This document shows, one piece after another, positions 31,078-39,590 of a stretch of 64,000 nt of DNA. The stretch lies in the IMG/VR virus record IMGVR_UViG_3300010158_000052. One strand, written 5' to 3'. Within the stretch, counting starts at the first letter, position 1. The number at the start of each line of letters is the position of its first letter. The position numbers were made by a program, and so were the translations under genes. Under the pieces are notes generated by a model. That model searched no databases and was not told the DNA's origin. It saw nothing but the letters and a program-made list of their open reading frames with translations. Source of the stretch: an uncultured virus (IMG/VR IMGVR_UViG_3300010158_000052) (taxonomy: Duplodnaviria; Heunggongvirae; Uroviricota; Caudoviricetes).

Positions 31078-31743
31078 ATGAAACTAATTACTGAACAAGT
31101 AGAAGAAGTACAATACATTACTGAAAAGCGTGAAGACGGTAAGAAGAATTACTACATCACAGGTATTTTTCTTGAGTCTGCTGTAAAGAACCGTAATGGT
31201 CGTTTGTATCCAGAAGAAATTATGGATAGCGAAGTTGCTCGTTATACAGCAGAAGCAATCAATGCTAATCGTGCGTATGGCGAACTAGGACATCCTCCTG
31301 GTCCAGGCATCAATCTTCATTTGGTCTCACACATGATCAAAGAACTTAAAAAAGACGGAACACAGTATATTGGTAAGGCACTTGTTACTGAAACTCCTAT
31401 GGGTAAGATTGTTCAAAATCTAATCGATGCGGGTGCTGGTCTTGGAGTTTCTTCTCGTGGTCTTGGAACTTTAACAGAGCGTAATGGTATCATGGAAGTC
31501 CAAAAGGATTTCCGTCTTGCTACTGCTGCTGATATTGTTGCCGATCCTTCCGCTCCTAATGCATTTGTTAAAGGCATAATGGAAGAAGTTGATTGGTGGT
31601 ACGATATTTCTAAAGATAATTGGAAGGCAGTTCAAGTAGTTGATCAGTCACAAACACAATTGAGATCGGCTTCTCTTTCTCAAATCACTGAGCAAAAGTT
31701 ACAAATGTTTCAAAGATTTGTAAATACCTTAGCTGAAAATTAA
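31078..31743 (+). CDS. gp21: Prohead protease gp21
   Basis: MKLITE, NRNGRLYP, GELGHP, GVSSRGLG, DIVADPSAP. Confidence 0.97.
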   Translation: MKLITEQVEEVQYITEKREDGKKNYYITGIFLESAVKNRNGRLYPEEIMDSEVARYTAEAINANRAYGELGHPPGPGINLHLVSHMIKELKKDGTQYIGKALVTETPMGKIVQNLIDAGAGLGVSSRGLGTLTERNGIMEVQKDFRLATAADIVADPSAPNAFVKGIMEEVDWWYDISKDNWKAVQVVDQSQTQLRSASLSQITEQKLQMFQRFVNTLAEN

Positions 31744-31787
31744 CAAAACCATAAATAGTAAGAAATTTTACCGATAGGAGTTAACAC

Positions 31788-32972
31788 ATGACTAAAAAGA
31801 GTTTGAAGGAAAACGAACAAATCAATGAATTTGATTCGTCAAGTGGTGTCTCGCATACTGCTGATCCTGTCGCAACTGGTTCACATAATCGTCCTGCCGA
31901 TAAGTTCGAGGGAGAAGCTGGCGGCGAAACCTATGAAATGACAACTAAGTCTGAAGTTCTAAATGCACTTATGCAAATGGGCGCTCAACTTGGTAAGGAA
32001 GAGCTAAAGGATATTTTCAATCAAGTTGCATCTGCTCTTGGTGGTTCCGCTTCTCGTCCTGCCGATAAAACAACAGGCGAAACTGGTATGGTTTCATTGT
32101 CACCCAGTGATGCAAAGCCTAGCACTGCCGATATGAAGTCCTCTCCTAATGGTGCAAATATGGCTGGTCCATATAAGGCACATGTTGCTGGCGTTCCTAC
32201 TGGTAGAGGCGAAATTGGACAATTACGTCTTTCTCCAACCTCTGCTATGTTCATGGCAAAAGAAGATGTCGCTGACATTTTTGGTGGCGATGATCTATCA
32301 GAAGAAATTAAAGAAAAGGCAGCTATCGTTTTTGAAGCCGCTATTAACACCCGTTTAGTTACTGAAGTAGCTCGTTTAGAAGAAGCCTTCGAAGAAAAGC
32401 TACTTGAAGAAGTCGAAGAAATCCGCACTGAACTTGTTGAAAACGTTGACAGATATTTGAACTACGCCGTTGTAGAATGGATTAATGAAAATTCTGTCGC
32501 TATTGATTCGACTCTAAAGAATGAGATTGCTGAAGATTTTATCAATGGTTTAAAGGCTCTATTCGAAGATAATTATATTGATCTTCCTGAATCTAAAACT
32601 GATGTTGTAAATGATATGATGGAACACATTGAAGAACTAGAAGCTAAGTTAAACGCAACAATTGACGAAAATATTGATCTAAAACTAGCTTTAGATGAGC
32701 AATCAGTTGTAGAGGCATTTGCCGATATCTCTGAAGGTTTAACAGTCAACCAAGCTGAAAAGCTTCGTGTTCTTTCTGAGAACATTACTTATACATCATC
32801 CGAAGATTTCTACAAGAAAGTTTCTATTCTTAAGGAATCTTATTTCAATAAAAAGCCTGTTAATACTCTTACCGAAGAAGAAGATTTCCTAGCAGAAGAT
32901 GTTAACACATCTGCTCCTACTGGAACTATGAATCATTATGTAAAAGCAATCTCAAATCAAGTCAAGAAATAA
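31788..32972 (+). CDS. gp22: Prohead scaffold gp22
   Basis: Acidic coiled coil, IVFEAA, YLNYAVVEWINEN, LKESYF. Confidence 0.9.
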   Translation: MTKKSLKENEQINEFDSSSGVSHTADPVATGSHNRPADKFEGEAGGETYEMTTKSEVLNALMQMGAQLGKEELKDIFNQVASALGGSASRPADKTTGETGMVSLSPSDAKPSTADMKSSPNGANMAGPYKAHVAGVPTGRGEIGQLRLSPTSAMFMAKEDVADIFGGDDLSEEIKEKAAIVFEAAINTRLVTEVARLEEAFEEKLLEEVEEIRTELVENVDRYLNYAVVEWINENSVAIDSTLKNEIAEDFINGLKALFEDNYIDLPESKTDVVNDMMEHIEELEAKLNATIDENIDLKLALDEQSVVEAFADISEGLTVNQAEKLRVLSENITYTSSEDFYKKVSILKESYFNKKPVNTLTEEEDFLAEDVNTSAPTGTMNHYVKAISNQVKK

Positions 32973-33009
32973 CTTATTATAAATAAGATATCAACAAGGA
33001 GAACATAAA

Positions 33010-34344
33010 ATGTTTCTAAACGAAGAAATTCAAAACAAGTGGAGTCCAGTATTGGACCACCCTGAGCTTAACAAGATTGGCGACATTCATCGCCGTAGCG
33101 TTACTGCACAACTATTGGAAAACACTGAACGTGCTATGCAAGAAAACGGTGGATATGCTCCACAGTCACTTCTTGAAACTTCAGGCGCTCTTCCTACCTC
33201 ACTAACAGGCGGTTCATCTAACTACGATCCAGTTCTAATTTCACTAGTTCGTCGTGCTATGCCTAACCTAATTGCTTATGATATCTGCGGCGTTCAGCCT
33301 ATGACTGGTCCTACTGGTCTAATCTTTGCTCTACATCCTAAGTATGACGGTCAAGCTTCTGGCAACACTGAAGCCTTCTACAGCGAAGCTAACACTGGTC
33401 AGTCTTCATACGGTCAGGGTAACACCATGACAACCATTGGTGATTCAAACGTAGGTAACTACGCTTCGAACGCATCTATCGTTGTTTCTGGCAACTCACA
33501 GCTTTATAACTTCGCTGGTGGCACAGGTACTGCACAAGCCGAAGCTCTTGGATCAACCAGCAACGCCGACTTCCGTCAAATGTCATTCGCCATTGACAAG
33601 GTTCAAGTTACTGCTCGTTCACGCGCTCTAAAGGCTGAGTACACCATCGAACTAGCACAAGACCTAAAGGCTATTCACGGTCTAGACGCTGAAACAGAAT
33701 TGTCAACAATTCTATCAGCCGAAATTCTTGCTGAAATTAACCGTGAAGTCATCCGTACCATTCAAGTAACTGCCGTTACTGGTGCTGCTGATACAACAAC
33801 TGCTGGTACTTTCGATCTTGACATCGACTCAAACGGTCGTTGGTCAGTTGAGAAGTTCAAGGGTCTTATGTTCCAAGTTGAGCGTGAAGCCAACCAAATC
33901 GCCAAGCAAACAAGACGTGGTAAGGGTAACATCATCATCTGTTCGTCAGATGTTGCTTCTGCTCTTCAAATGGCTGGCGTTCTTGATTACGCTCCTGCTC
34001 TAAACTCAAACAACCTACAAGTTGATGACACTGGCAATACCTTCGCTGGTATTCTAAATGGTCGTATTCGCGTTTATATCGATCCTTATTCTTCAGGTCA
34101 TTATATGGTTGTTGGCTACAAGGGTTCTTCATCCTTTGACGCAGGTCTATTCTACTGTCCTTACGTTCCTCTACAAATGGTTCGCGCTGTTGGTCAAGAC
34201 ACCTTCCAGCCTAAGATCGGCTTCAAGACACGTTATGGTATCGTTGCTAACCCCTTCAATAAGGGCGCTACAATGTCAGACGGTACACTAGTTCAAAATA
34301 CAAACCAGTATTATCGTCGGGTACTTATTAATAATATTCTTTAA
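33010..34344 (+). CDS. gp23: Major capsid protein gp23
   Basis: DPVLISLVRRAMPNLIAYDICGVQPMTGPTGLIF, ELAQDLKAIHGLDAE, FQPKIGFKTRYG; late promoter TATAAATA at 32978. Confidence 0.99.
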   Translation: MFLNEEIQNKWSPVLDHPELNKIGDIHRRSVTAQLLENTERAMQENGGYAPQSLLETSGALPTSLTGGSSNYDPVLISLVRRAMPNLIAYDICGVQPMTGPTGLIFALHPKYDGQASGNTEAFYSEANTGQSSYGQGNTMTTIGDSNVGNYASNASIVVSGNSQLYNFAGGTGTAQAEALGSTSNADFRQMSFAIDKVQVTARSRALKAEYTIELAQDLKAIHGLDAETELSTILSAEILAEINREVIRTIQVTAVTGAADTTTAGTFDLDIDSNGRWSVEKFKGLMFQVEREANQIAKQTRRGKGNIIICSSDVASALQMAGVLDYAPALNSNNLQVDDTGNTFAGILNGRIRVYIDPYSSGHYMVVGYKGSSSFDAGLFYCPYVPLQMVRAVGQDTFQPKIGFKTRYGIVANPFNKGATMSDGTLVQNTNQYYRRVLINNIL

Positions 34345-34370
34345 TTTGAACTTTTTCTAATCTAAGACTA

Positions 34371-34406
34371 CTAAATACTCCTGTAGAAATGCAGGAGTAT
34401 TTTTTT
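34371..34406 (+). promoter_or_regulatory. Hairpin (terminator and SD-occluding) with an embedded late promoter
   Basis: AAATACTCCTGTA-GAAA-TGCAGGAGTATTT then a T-run; CTAAATA at the left arm, AGGAG in the right arm. Confidence 0.75.
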
Positions 34407-34457
34407 ATGTCTAAAAACACAGCAACATCTGGTTTTGTTTATATTTGGTATGCTTGA
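34407..34457 (+). pseudogene. Remnant N-terminus of a Seg-type GIY-YIG homing endonuclease
   Basis: MSKNTATSGFVYIWYA*; GFVYIW resembles the GIY motif. Confidence 0.55.
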
Positions 34458-34532
34458 TTTTTTTGTCTTCTAAATAGAAGGTCTAGAAAGTATTACTAGA
34501 CCAATAATAATAAAAAAATATATACCAACTTT

Positions 34533-34575
34533 ATGGGGGCTGAGAAAGCTAGACAAAACTCAGCCCCCATTTTTT
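34533..34575 (+). terminator. Intrinsic terminator
   Basis: ATGGGGGCTGAG...CTCAGCCCCCAT followed by TTTTT. Confidence 0.8.
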
Positions 34576-34586
34576 AGGAGAAAACA

Positions 34587-35108
34587 ATGGCTGCGTTGAG
34601 TAATAATCCTACAAACAAAAACTTTCTGTCCCCAACAGCGTTTAAGTTTGAGATCGCACGTATGCCAACTTTTACCTACTTTGTTCAATCCGTACAGTTT
34701 CCAGAACTAAACTTAGGATACACAGATTTAAATACTCCCTTCAATAGACTATCAGTTGAAGGCGATCATACTAAGTTTGGTAATCTTAATATTACATTTA
34801 AACTAGATGAAGATATGTATTCGTATCTTGAAATTTTTGACTGGATGACAGGCGTAGGTAAGCCTCGTAGTTTTGATCAATATGCAAATTTAAAATATCA
34901 AGATGCTGGAACTGGAAAAGGTCTTTACTCAGAAGGACAATTGACATTCCTAACTAACTCTAAAAATCCTAATATAAATATAACATTCGCTGATATGTAT
35001 CCTATCAATCTAGGTAATTTTAGAATGGATTCTACAGTTGATGATGTGAACTATGTAACCGCTGATGTCACGTTTAACTTCTTTGATTACGTGTACTCTA
35101 GAATATAA
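34587..35108 (+). CDS. gp3: Tail tube terminator/completion protein gp3
   Basis: NFLSPTAFKF, FKLDEDM..YLEIFDWM; synteny with gene 23 and uvsY. Confidence 0.82.
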   Translation: MAALSNNPTNKNFLSPTAFKFEIARMPTFTYFVQSVQFPELNLGYTDLNTPFNRLSVEGDHTKFGNLNITFKLDEDMYSYLEIFDWMTGVGKPRSFDQYANLKYQDAGTGKGLYSEGQLTFLTNSKNPNINITFADMYPINLGNFRMDSTVDDVNYVTADVTFNFFDYVYSRI

Positions 35109-35119
35109 CATAAGGATTT

Positions 35120-35557
35120 GTGATGAAAATTGAAGAAATATTTTCTATTTGGAATGATGACAGTAAAATAAATAGCCTAGAAGTAGGACAAGAAGCACTA
35201 AATATCTCAAAAATACACAACAAATATATTCAGGTGTTCACAGAAGAACGCCTTCTTTTGATGCGCCTAGAAAGTGAATATAAAAAATTATACAAAAATA
35301 TTCATGAATACTATTCTGGAACGTTAGACGATGAAACACGAATTGAACTTGGTCTTGAGCCAAATCAAAAGCTAATCTTAAAAGCTGATGTATCGATGCA
35401 TATCGAAGCAGATGATTTAATCATATCCAAGTGCTTAAAAATTGGTATGCAAAAAGAAAAGCTACAACTTTTAGATTCAATAATCAAGACAATATCAAAC
35501 AGAGGATTTCAGATCAAGTCCTATATTGATTATCAGAAGTTCTTGAACGGGGAATAA
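35120..35557 (+). CDS. uvsY: Recombination mediator UvsY
   Basis: WNDDSKI, HNKY, EYYSG, NRGFQIK..IDYQKF. Confidence 0.88.
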   Translation: MMKIEEIFSIWNDDSKINSLEVGQEALNISKIHNKYIQVFTEERLLLMRLESEYKKLYKNIHEYYSGTLDDETRIELGLEPNQKLILKADVSMHIEADDLIISKCLKIGMQKEKLQLLDSIIKTISNRGFQIKSYIDYQKFLNGE

Positions 35558-35558
35558 C

Positions 35559-37001
35559 GTGGCAGATATTATCATCCATAAAATATCAGAGGTATATGTT
35601 AAAGTAATCTGCGATGGCGGTATTGCTTATCAAATGTCTGAACATTTTACATTTATGATACCAAACGCTAAGTTTCACCCAAAAGTAAAAGCTAAGGTAT
35701 GGGATGGTAAGATTAGACTATTCAATCTCGGTAACAGAACAATTTATACTGGTCTTGTGCCTAAGATCGAAGAATGGGCAAAGAACAACGAATATACAAT
35801 AGAATACTCTGGAGACTTTGGTAACAAAGAATTTTCAGTAAAAGAAGCTAGCGATTATATCAAAAAGCTAAACCCAACTATGACACCACACGAACATCAG
35901 ATTAAAGCATTCATTCATTGTGTTCGTAATCAAAAAGCTGTACTGATTTCTCCTACTGCTTCTGGCAAATCATTCATCATTTATATGCTAACTAGGTATT
36001 TTGATAGGAAGACACTTATCATTGTTCCTACTACTGCTCTAGTAAAACAAATGTCAACAGACTTTTTGGAATATGGCTATGACGAACCTATTCACCAAAT
36101 TATGTCTGGAAAAGAAAAACAAACTGATGAACTTGTAACCGTATCAACATGGCAGTCAATCTATAAGATGCCAAAAGAATGGTTCGATCAATATGAGATG
36201 GTTGTGGTCGATGAAACTCACCATGCTAAATCTAAATCGTTTGTTGATATTTTATCTAAAATGACAAAGTGCAAATACAGGTTTGGTCTTACTGGAACTT
36301 TGGATGGAATTGAAGTTAACGAACTTGTTCTAGAGGGACTTCTTGGACCTGTCAAGAGGGTTATAAAAACATCAGAGTTGATGGAAAAGAACTTAGTGTC
36401 TAAGCTAAACATCAAGTCTCTTATACTCAGGTATCCAGATGAAATATGCAAGCTAAATAAGAATATGCTATACAAAGATGAAATTCATTTTCTAGTTACA
36501 AACGCAAAAAGAAATATATTCATCAGAAATCTAGCACTGTCTCTTACAAGTAACACTCTTGTATTATATCAGTTTGTTGAAAAACACGGTAAGCCACTAT
36601 ACGAAGATATTGCTAAGGCTGCTCCAAATAGAAAAGTATTTTTCATATCTGGTGATATTGATGCTGATGTTAGAGAAGAAGTTAGACGAATCACTGAGAC
36701 CCAAACTGATGCTATCATTGTAGCTAGTTATGGTACATTTTCAACAGGTACTAATATTAAGAACCTAAATAATATTATATTCGCTTCTCCTAGTAAATCT
36801 AAAATTAGAACATTACAATCTATTGGTCGTGGTCTAAGATTATTCGAAGGTAAAGCTACTGCTACTCTTTATGATATAGCCGATGATATGTCTTGGAAAA
36901 CTCACAAGAACCATACGCTAAATCATTTACAAGAACGTCTTAAGATATATGCTGCTGAAAACTTTGATTATAAAATTTATAGGATAAATATAGACCAATG
37001 A
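35559..37001 (+). CDS. uvsW: DNA helicase UvsW
   Basis: WDGKIRLF, SPTASGKS, DETH, GLTGT, LQSIGRGLR. Confidence 0.95.
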   Translation: MADIIIHKISEVYVKVICDGGIAYQMSEHFTFMIPNAKFHPKVKAKVWDGKIRLFNLGNRTIYTGLVPKIEEWAKNNEYTIEYSGDFGNKEFSVKEASDYIKKLNPTMTPHEHQIKAFIHCVRNQKAVLISPTASGKSFIIYMLTRYFDRKTLIIVPTTALVKQMSTDFLEYGYDEPIHQIMSGKEKQTDELVTVSTWQSIYKMPKEWFDQYEMVVVDETHHAKSKSFVDILSKMTKCKYRFGLTGTLDGIEVNELVLEGLLGPVKRVIKTSELMEKNLVSKLNIKSLILRYPDEICKLNKNMLYKDEIHFLVTNAKRNIFIRNLALSLTSNTLVLYQFVEKHGKPLYEDIAKAAPNRKVFFISGDIDADVREEVRRITETQTDAIIVASYGTFSTGTNIKNLNNIIFASPSKSKIRTLQSIGRGLRLFEGKATATLYDIADDMSWKTHKNHTLNHLQERLKIYAAENFDYKIYRINIDQ

Positions 37002-37381
37002 CAAATTCTGAATATCTTGTAATTAAAATTAATGAATCAACTCTTATCGGTGAAAAGATAACATCTACATATTCTGATTCTGAAGTAAACATTAAGAATG
37101 TATATGAAATCTTAGCAGATGAACGAGATGATAAAGTTTACTACTACATGGTTCCTTGGTTTGTTCTGTTTGAGGATCAAACTGTCTTGTTCAATAAGAA
37201 ACATGTTATCTGCGAATCATTACCTACTGATCAACTTATTAAGATGTATCTAGAAACAATCAATAAGTATAAGTTGAAGTACAAGGACAAGGATCAGTTT
37301 CATGCAGATGAACTTGATCTAGACGAACTAGATATAATGGATGACAGCTATGATAAGATTGATAAGTCACGATTGAATTAA
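36998..37381 (+). CDS. Hypothetical protein (conserved position after uvsW)
   Basis: ATGA overlap with the uvsW stop. Confidence 0.65.
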   Translation: MTNSEYLVIKINESTLIGEKITSTYSDSEVNIKNVYEILADERDDKVYYYMVPWFVLFEDQTVLFNKKHVICESLPTDQLIKMYLETINKYKLKYKDKDQFHADELDLDELDIMDDSYDKIDKSRLN

Positions 37382-37418
37382 TAGTTATTTAATTAGTGAT
37401 TCTCAACGACAACATCCT

Positions 37419-37447
37419 ATTATAACACCCTTAAAATCATATGTCAA
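37419..37447 (-). promoter_or_regulatory. Perfect sigma70 consensus promoter pointing antisense into the uvsW operon
   Basis: TTGACA-N17-TATAAT with extended TG on the minus strand. Confidence 0.65.
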
Positions 37448-37493
37448 GCGAAATCGTACAACATTACAAATTATTAATGTTTGAAAATAGTGC

Positions 37494-37522
37494 TTGACAA
37501 ACACCAAAGATAGTGATATGAT
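37494..37522 (+). promoter_or_regulatory. Sigma70-type early promoter for gene 55
   Basis: TTGACA-N17-TATGAT. Confidence 0.7.
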
Positions 37523-37551
37523 CTGTGTGATCATAGATGGAGTAATTGATT

Positions 37552-38151
37552 ATGACTGAGAAAAGAAAACCAATATACTATGTGGAGAATAAGCGATTTC
37601 TTCAGGCTATGATTGTGTATTTGAATGCATGTAAAGCTGCTGAAGCAGAGGGAGTTCAGCTTCCAAAAATTCCAGACTACATCGGAGAATGCATCTTTAA
37701 GATTGCACAGGGACTATCCCACAAAGGTAACTTCATCAATTACTCATATCGAGAAGAGATGATCGGTGATGGTATCGAAAGTTGTGTAAAGTACATTCGT
37801 AGTTTCAATCCAGAGAAATCTTCCAATCCGTTTGCTTACTTCACTCAGATTTTATATAACGCTTACATTCACCGAATTCAAAAGGAAAAGAAGCAACAAT
37901 ATATAAAGTACAAGAGCATGGAGCGTCATATCATTCACGACATGCAAGGCGATGATTATGAGTTCTACACTCAGCAAACGGACAACACAGATGCTATCAA
38001 TAATGTTATTATTTCTTTTGAGGCGTCTTTGGAAAAAAAGAAAAACAATATTAAAAAAGGATTAGAACTATTTGTTTCTGAGGAGGAAATTGAAGATGTA
38101 CGAGACATTACCACCGATCATCCAGCAATGGATACACAACTTGATGAATGA
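37552..38151 (+). CDS. gp55: Late sigma factor gp55
   Basis: IPDYIGECIFKIA, NFINYSYREEMIGDGIE, NPFAYFTQI. Confidence 0.95.
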   Translation: MTEKRKPIYYVENKRFLQAMIVYLNACKAAEAEGVQLPKIPDYIGECIFKIAQGLSHKGNFINYSYREEMIGDGIESCVKYIRSFNPEKSSNPFAYFTQILYNAYIHRIQKEKKQQYIKYKSMERHIIHDMQGDDYEFYTQQTDNTDAINNVIISFEASLEKKKNNIKKGLELFVSEEEIEDVRDITTDHPAMDTQLDE

Positions 38152-38260
38152 AAAAAATAATAATATCAGATATAATCATTATCGCCAGCTTATCAATGTC
38201 AAGGAAGAAATTGATAAGGCAATCAAAGAACATGAAAAGAACCTATTGAACGTAAGATGA
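38096..38260 (+). CDS. Small hypothetical protein
   Basis: GAGG-type SD upstream; ends in an ATGA overlap with the next start. Confidence 0.45.
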   Translation: MYETLPPIIQQWIHNLMNEKNNNIRYNHYRQLINVKEEIDKAIKEHEKNLLNVR

Positions 38261-38525
38261 AAATAGCTATTTTAGAATATTGTGTATACCATACAAAATA
38301 TATTGGTGACAAAATGCCAAACAATTATGTTGGCTCCTCATCTGTACATAAAGTTGAATGCGGGTATAAAGGATCAGTAAAATCAAAAAAATGGAAAAAA
38401 ATATGGGAACTGGTATATCAAAACATCTCTATAAAAAGTATTATATAAAAGGAATTAACCCTAATGAACGCATTGGTAAAAATGGACCAGCGCCTAATGA
38501 AAAGAAAGGAGGTTATCGCTTATGA
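38257..38525 (+). pseudogene. Internally deleted GIY-YIG homing endonuclease fused to the former gene 47 start
   Basis: MKIAIL followed by EYCVY...YVGSSS...GYKGS; an out-of-frame C-terminal piece (GTGISKHLYKKYY...GGYRL*) ends overlapping the gene 47 ATG. Confidence 0.7.
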
Positions 38526-39581
38526 AAATTTGTATTCTCGGTGATACTCACTTTTGGTGTTCGTAATGACAACATGCAGTTTCATTCTTTCTATAGGAGA
38601 TTTTATACCAATATATTTTTTCCATACTTAAAAGAGCATGGTATCAAACAAATCATTCAGCTAGGAGATTTGTTTGATCGTCGAAAGTATATCAACTTTA
38701 ATAGTTTATACCAAAGCAGAGATTACTTCTTTGATGTTATTGAAAATGAAAATTACAGATTAGATGTATTTCCAGGAAATCATGATATTTTTCATAAGAA
38801 TACGCTAGAGGTAAATTCTCTTAATCTTCTGCTTGGAGAATATTCAAATATCAATATCGTTGATCGTTCAAAAGAAATATCTTATGGCGGCAAAAGTATT
38901 GCATTGGTTCCTTGGATTTGTGATGATAACGAAGACGAAACTCTAAACTTTCTAGATAAGACTAAAGCAAAAATCTGCATGGGTCATTTTGAAATTCAAG
39001 GGTTTGAAATGCATAAGGGTCACATCTGTGAAACGGGATTTGATCGCTCTGCCTTCCATAAATTTGATCTAACGCTATCGGGTCACTATCACACTCGTTC
39101 TCAAAAGGAAGGTATTACATATGTTGGTACGCCTTATGAAATGACATGGAGTGACTATAATGACGATAAAGGATTTCATATTCTAGATACTGAAACTTTA
39201 GACTTGACATTTGTACAAAACCCATATAAGATGTTCCATAAGGTTAGTTACAACGACTCTAAGTGGACCAACCAAGATCATATAAATGGTTTTGATTTTT
39301 CTGATCTAGAGGGTGCGTATGTTAAGGTTATTGTTTCTGAAAAAACTAATCCTTATTGGTTTGATCTTTTCATAGATAAGATTGAAAAAGTAAGCCCTAC
39401 TCATATACAAATAGTTGATGAAACTTTGAGGTTAGATGTTGAAGATGATGGAATTGTCGATGAGTCCGAAGATACCGTTTCCATTCTTGGAAAATACGTT
39501 GATGCTCTTGATGCTGATATTGATAAAGTTATGCTAATGGATGTTGTTCGTAATTTGTATGCAGATGCCTTGAATAGTTAG
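38522..39581 (+). CDS. gp47: Recombination nuclease gp47 (Mre11/SbcD-like); needs a +1 frameshift at 38552-38555
   Basis: SD AAGGAGGT, then ATG 38522 MKICILGDTHF, then frame change to GVRNDN..LGDLFD..PGNHD..GHF..SGHYH. Confidence 0.9.
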
Positions 39582-39590
39582 GAGTAAGTT

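Noticed and set aside
38275..38540. Group I intron in gene 47
   Set aside because: No intron core structure recognised, and splicing there would not fix the downstream frameshift.
38541..39581. GTG 38541 as the gp47 start
   Set aside because: It lacks the DxH motif and a well-placed SD; ATG 38522 has both.
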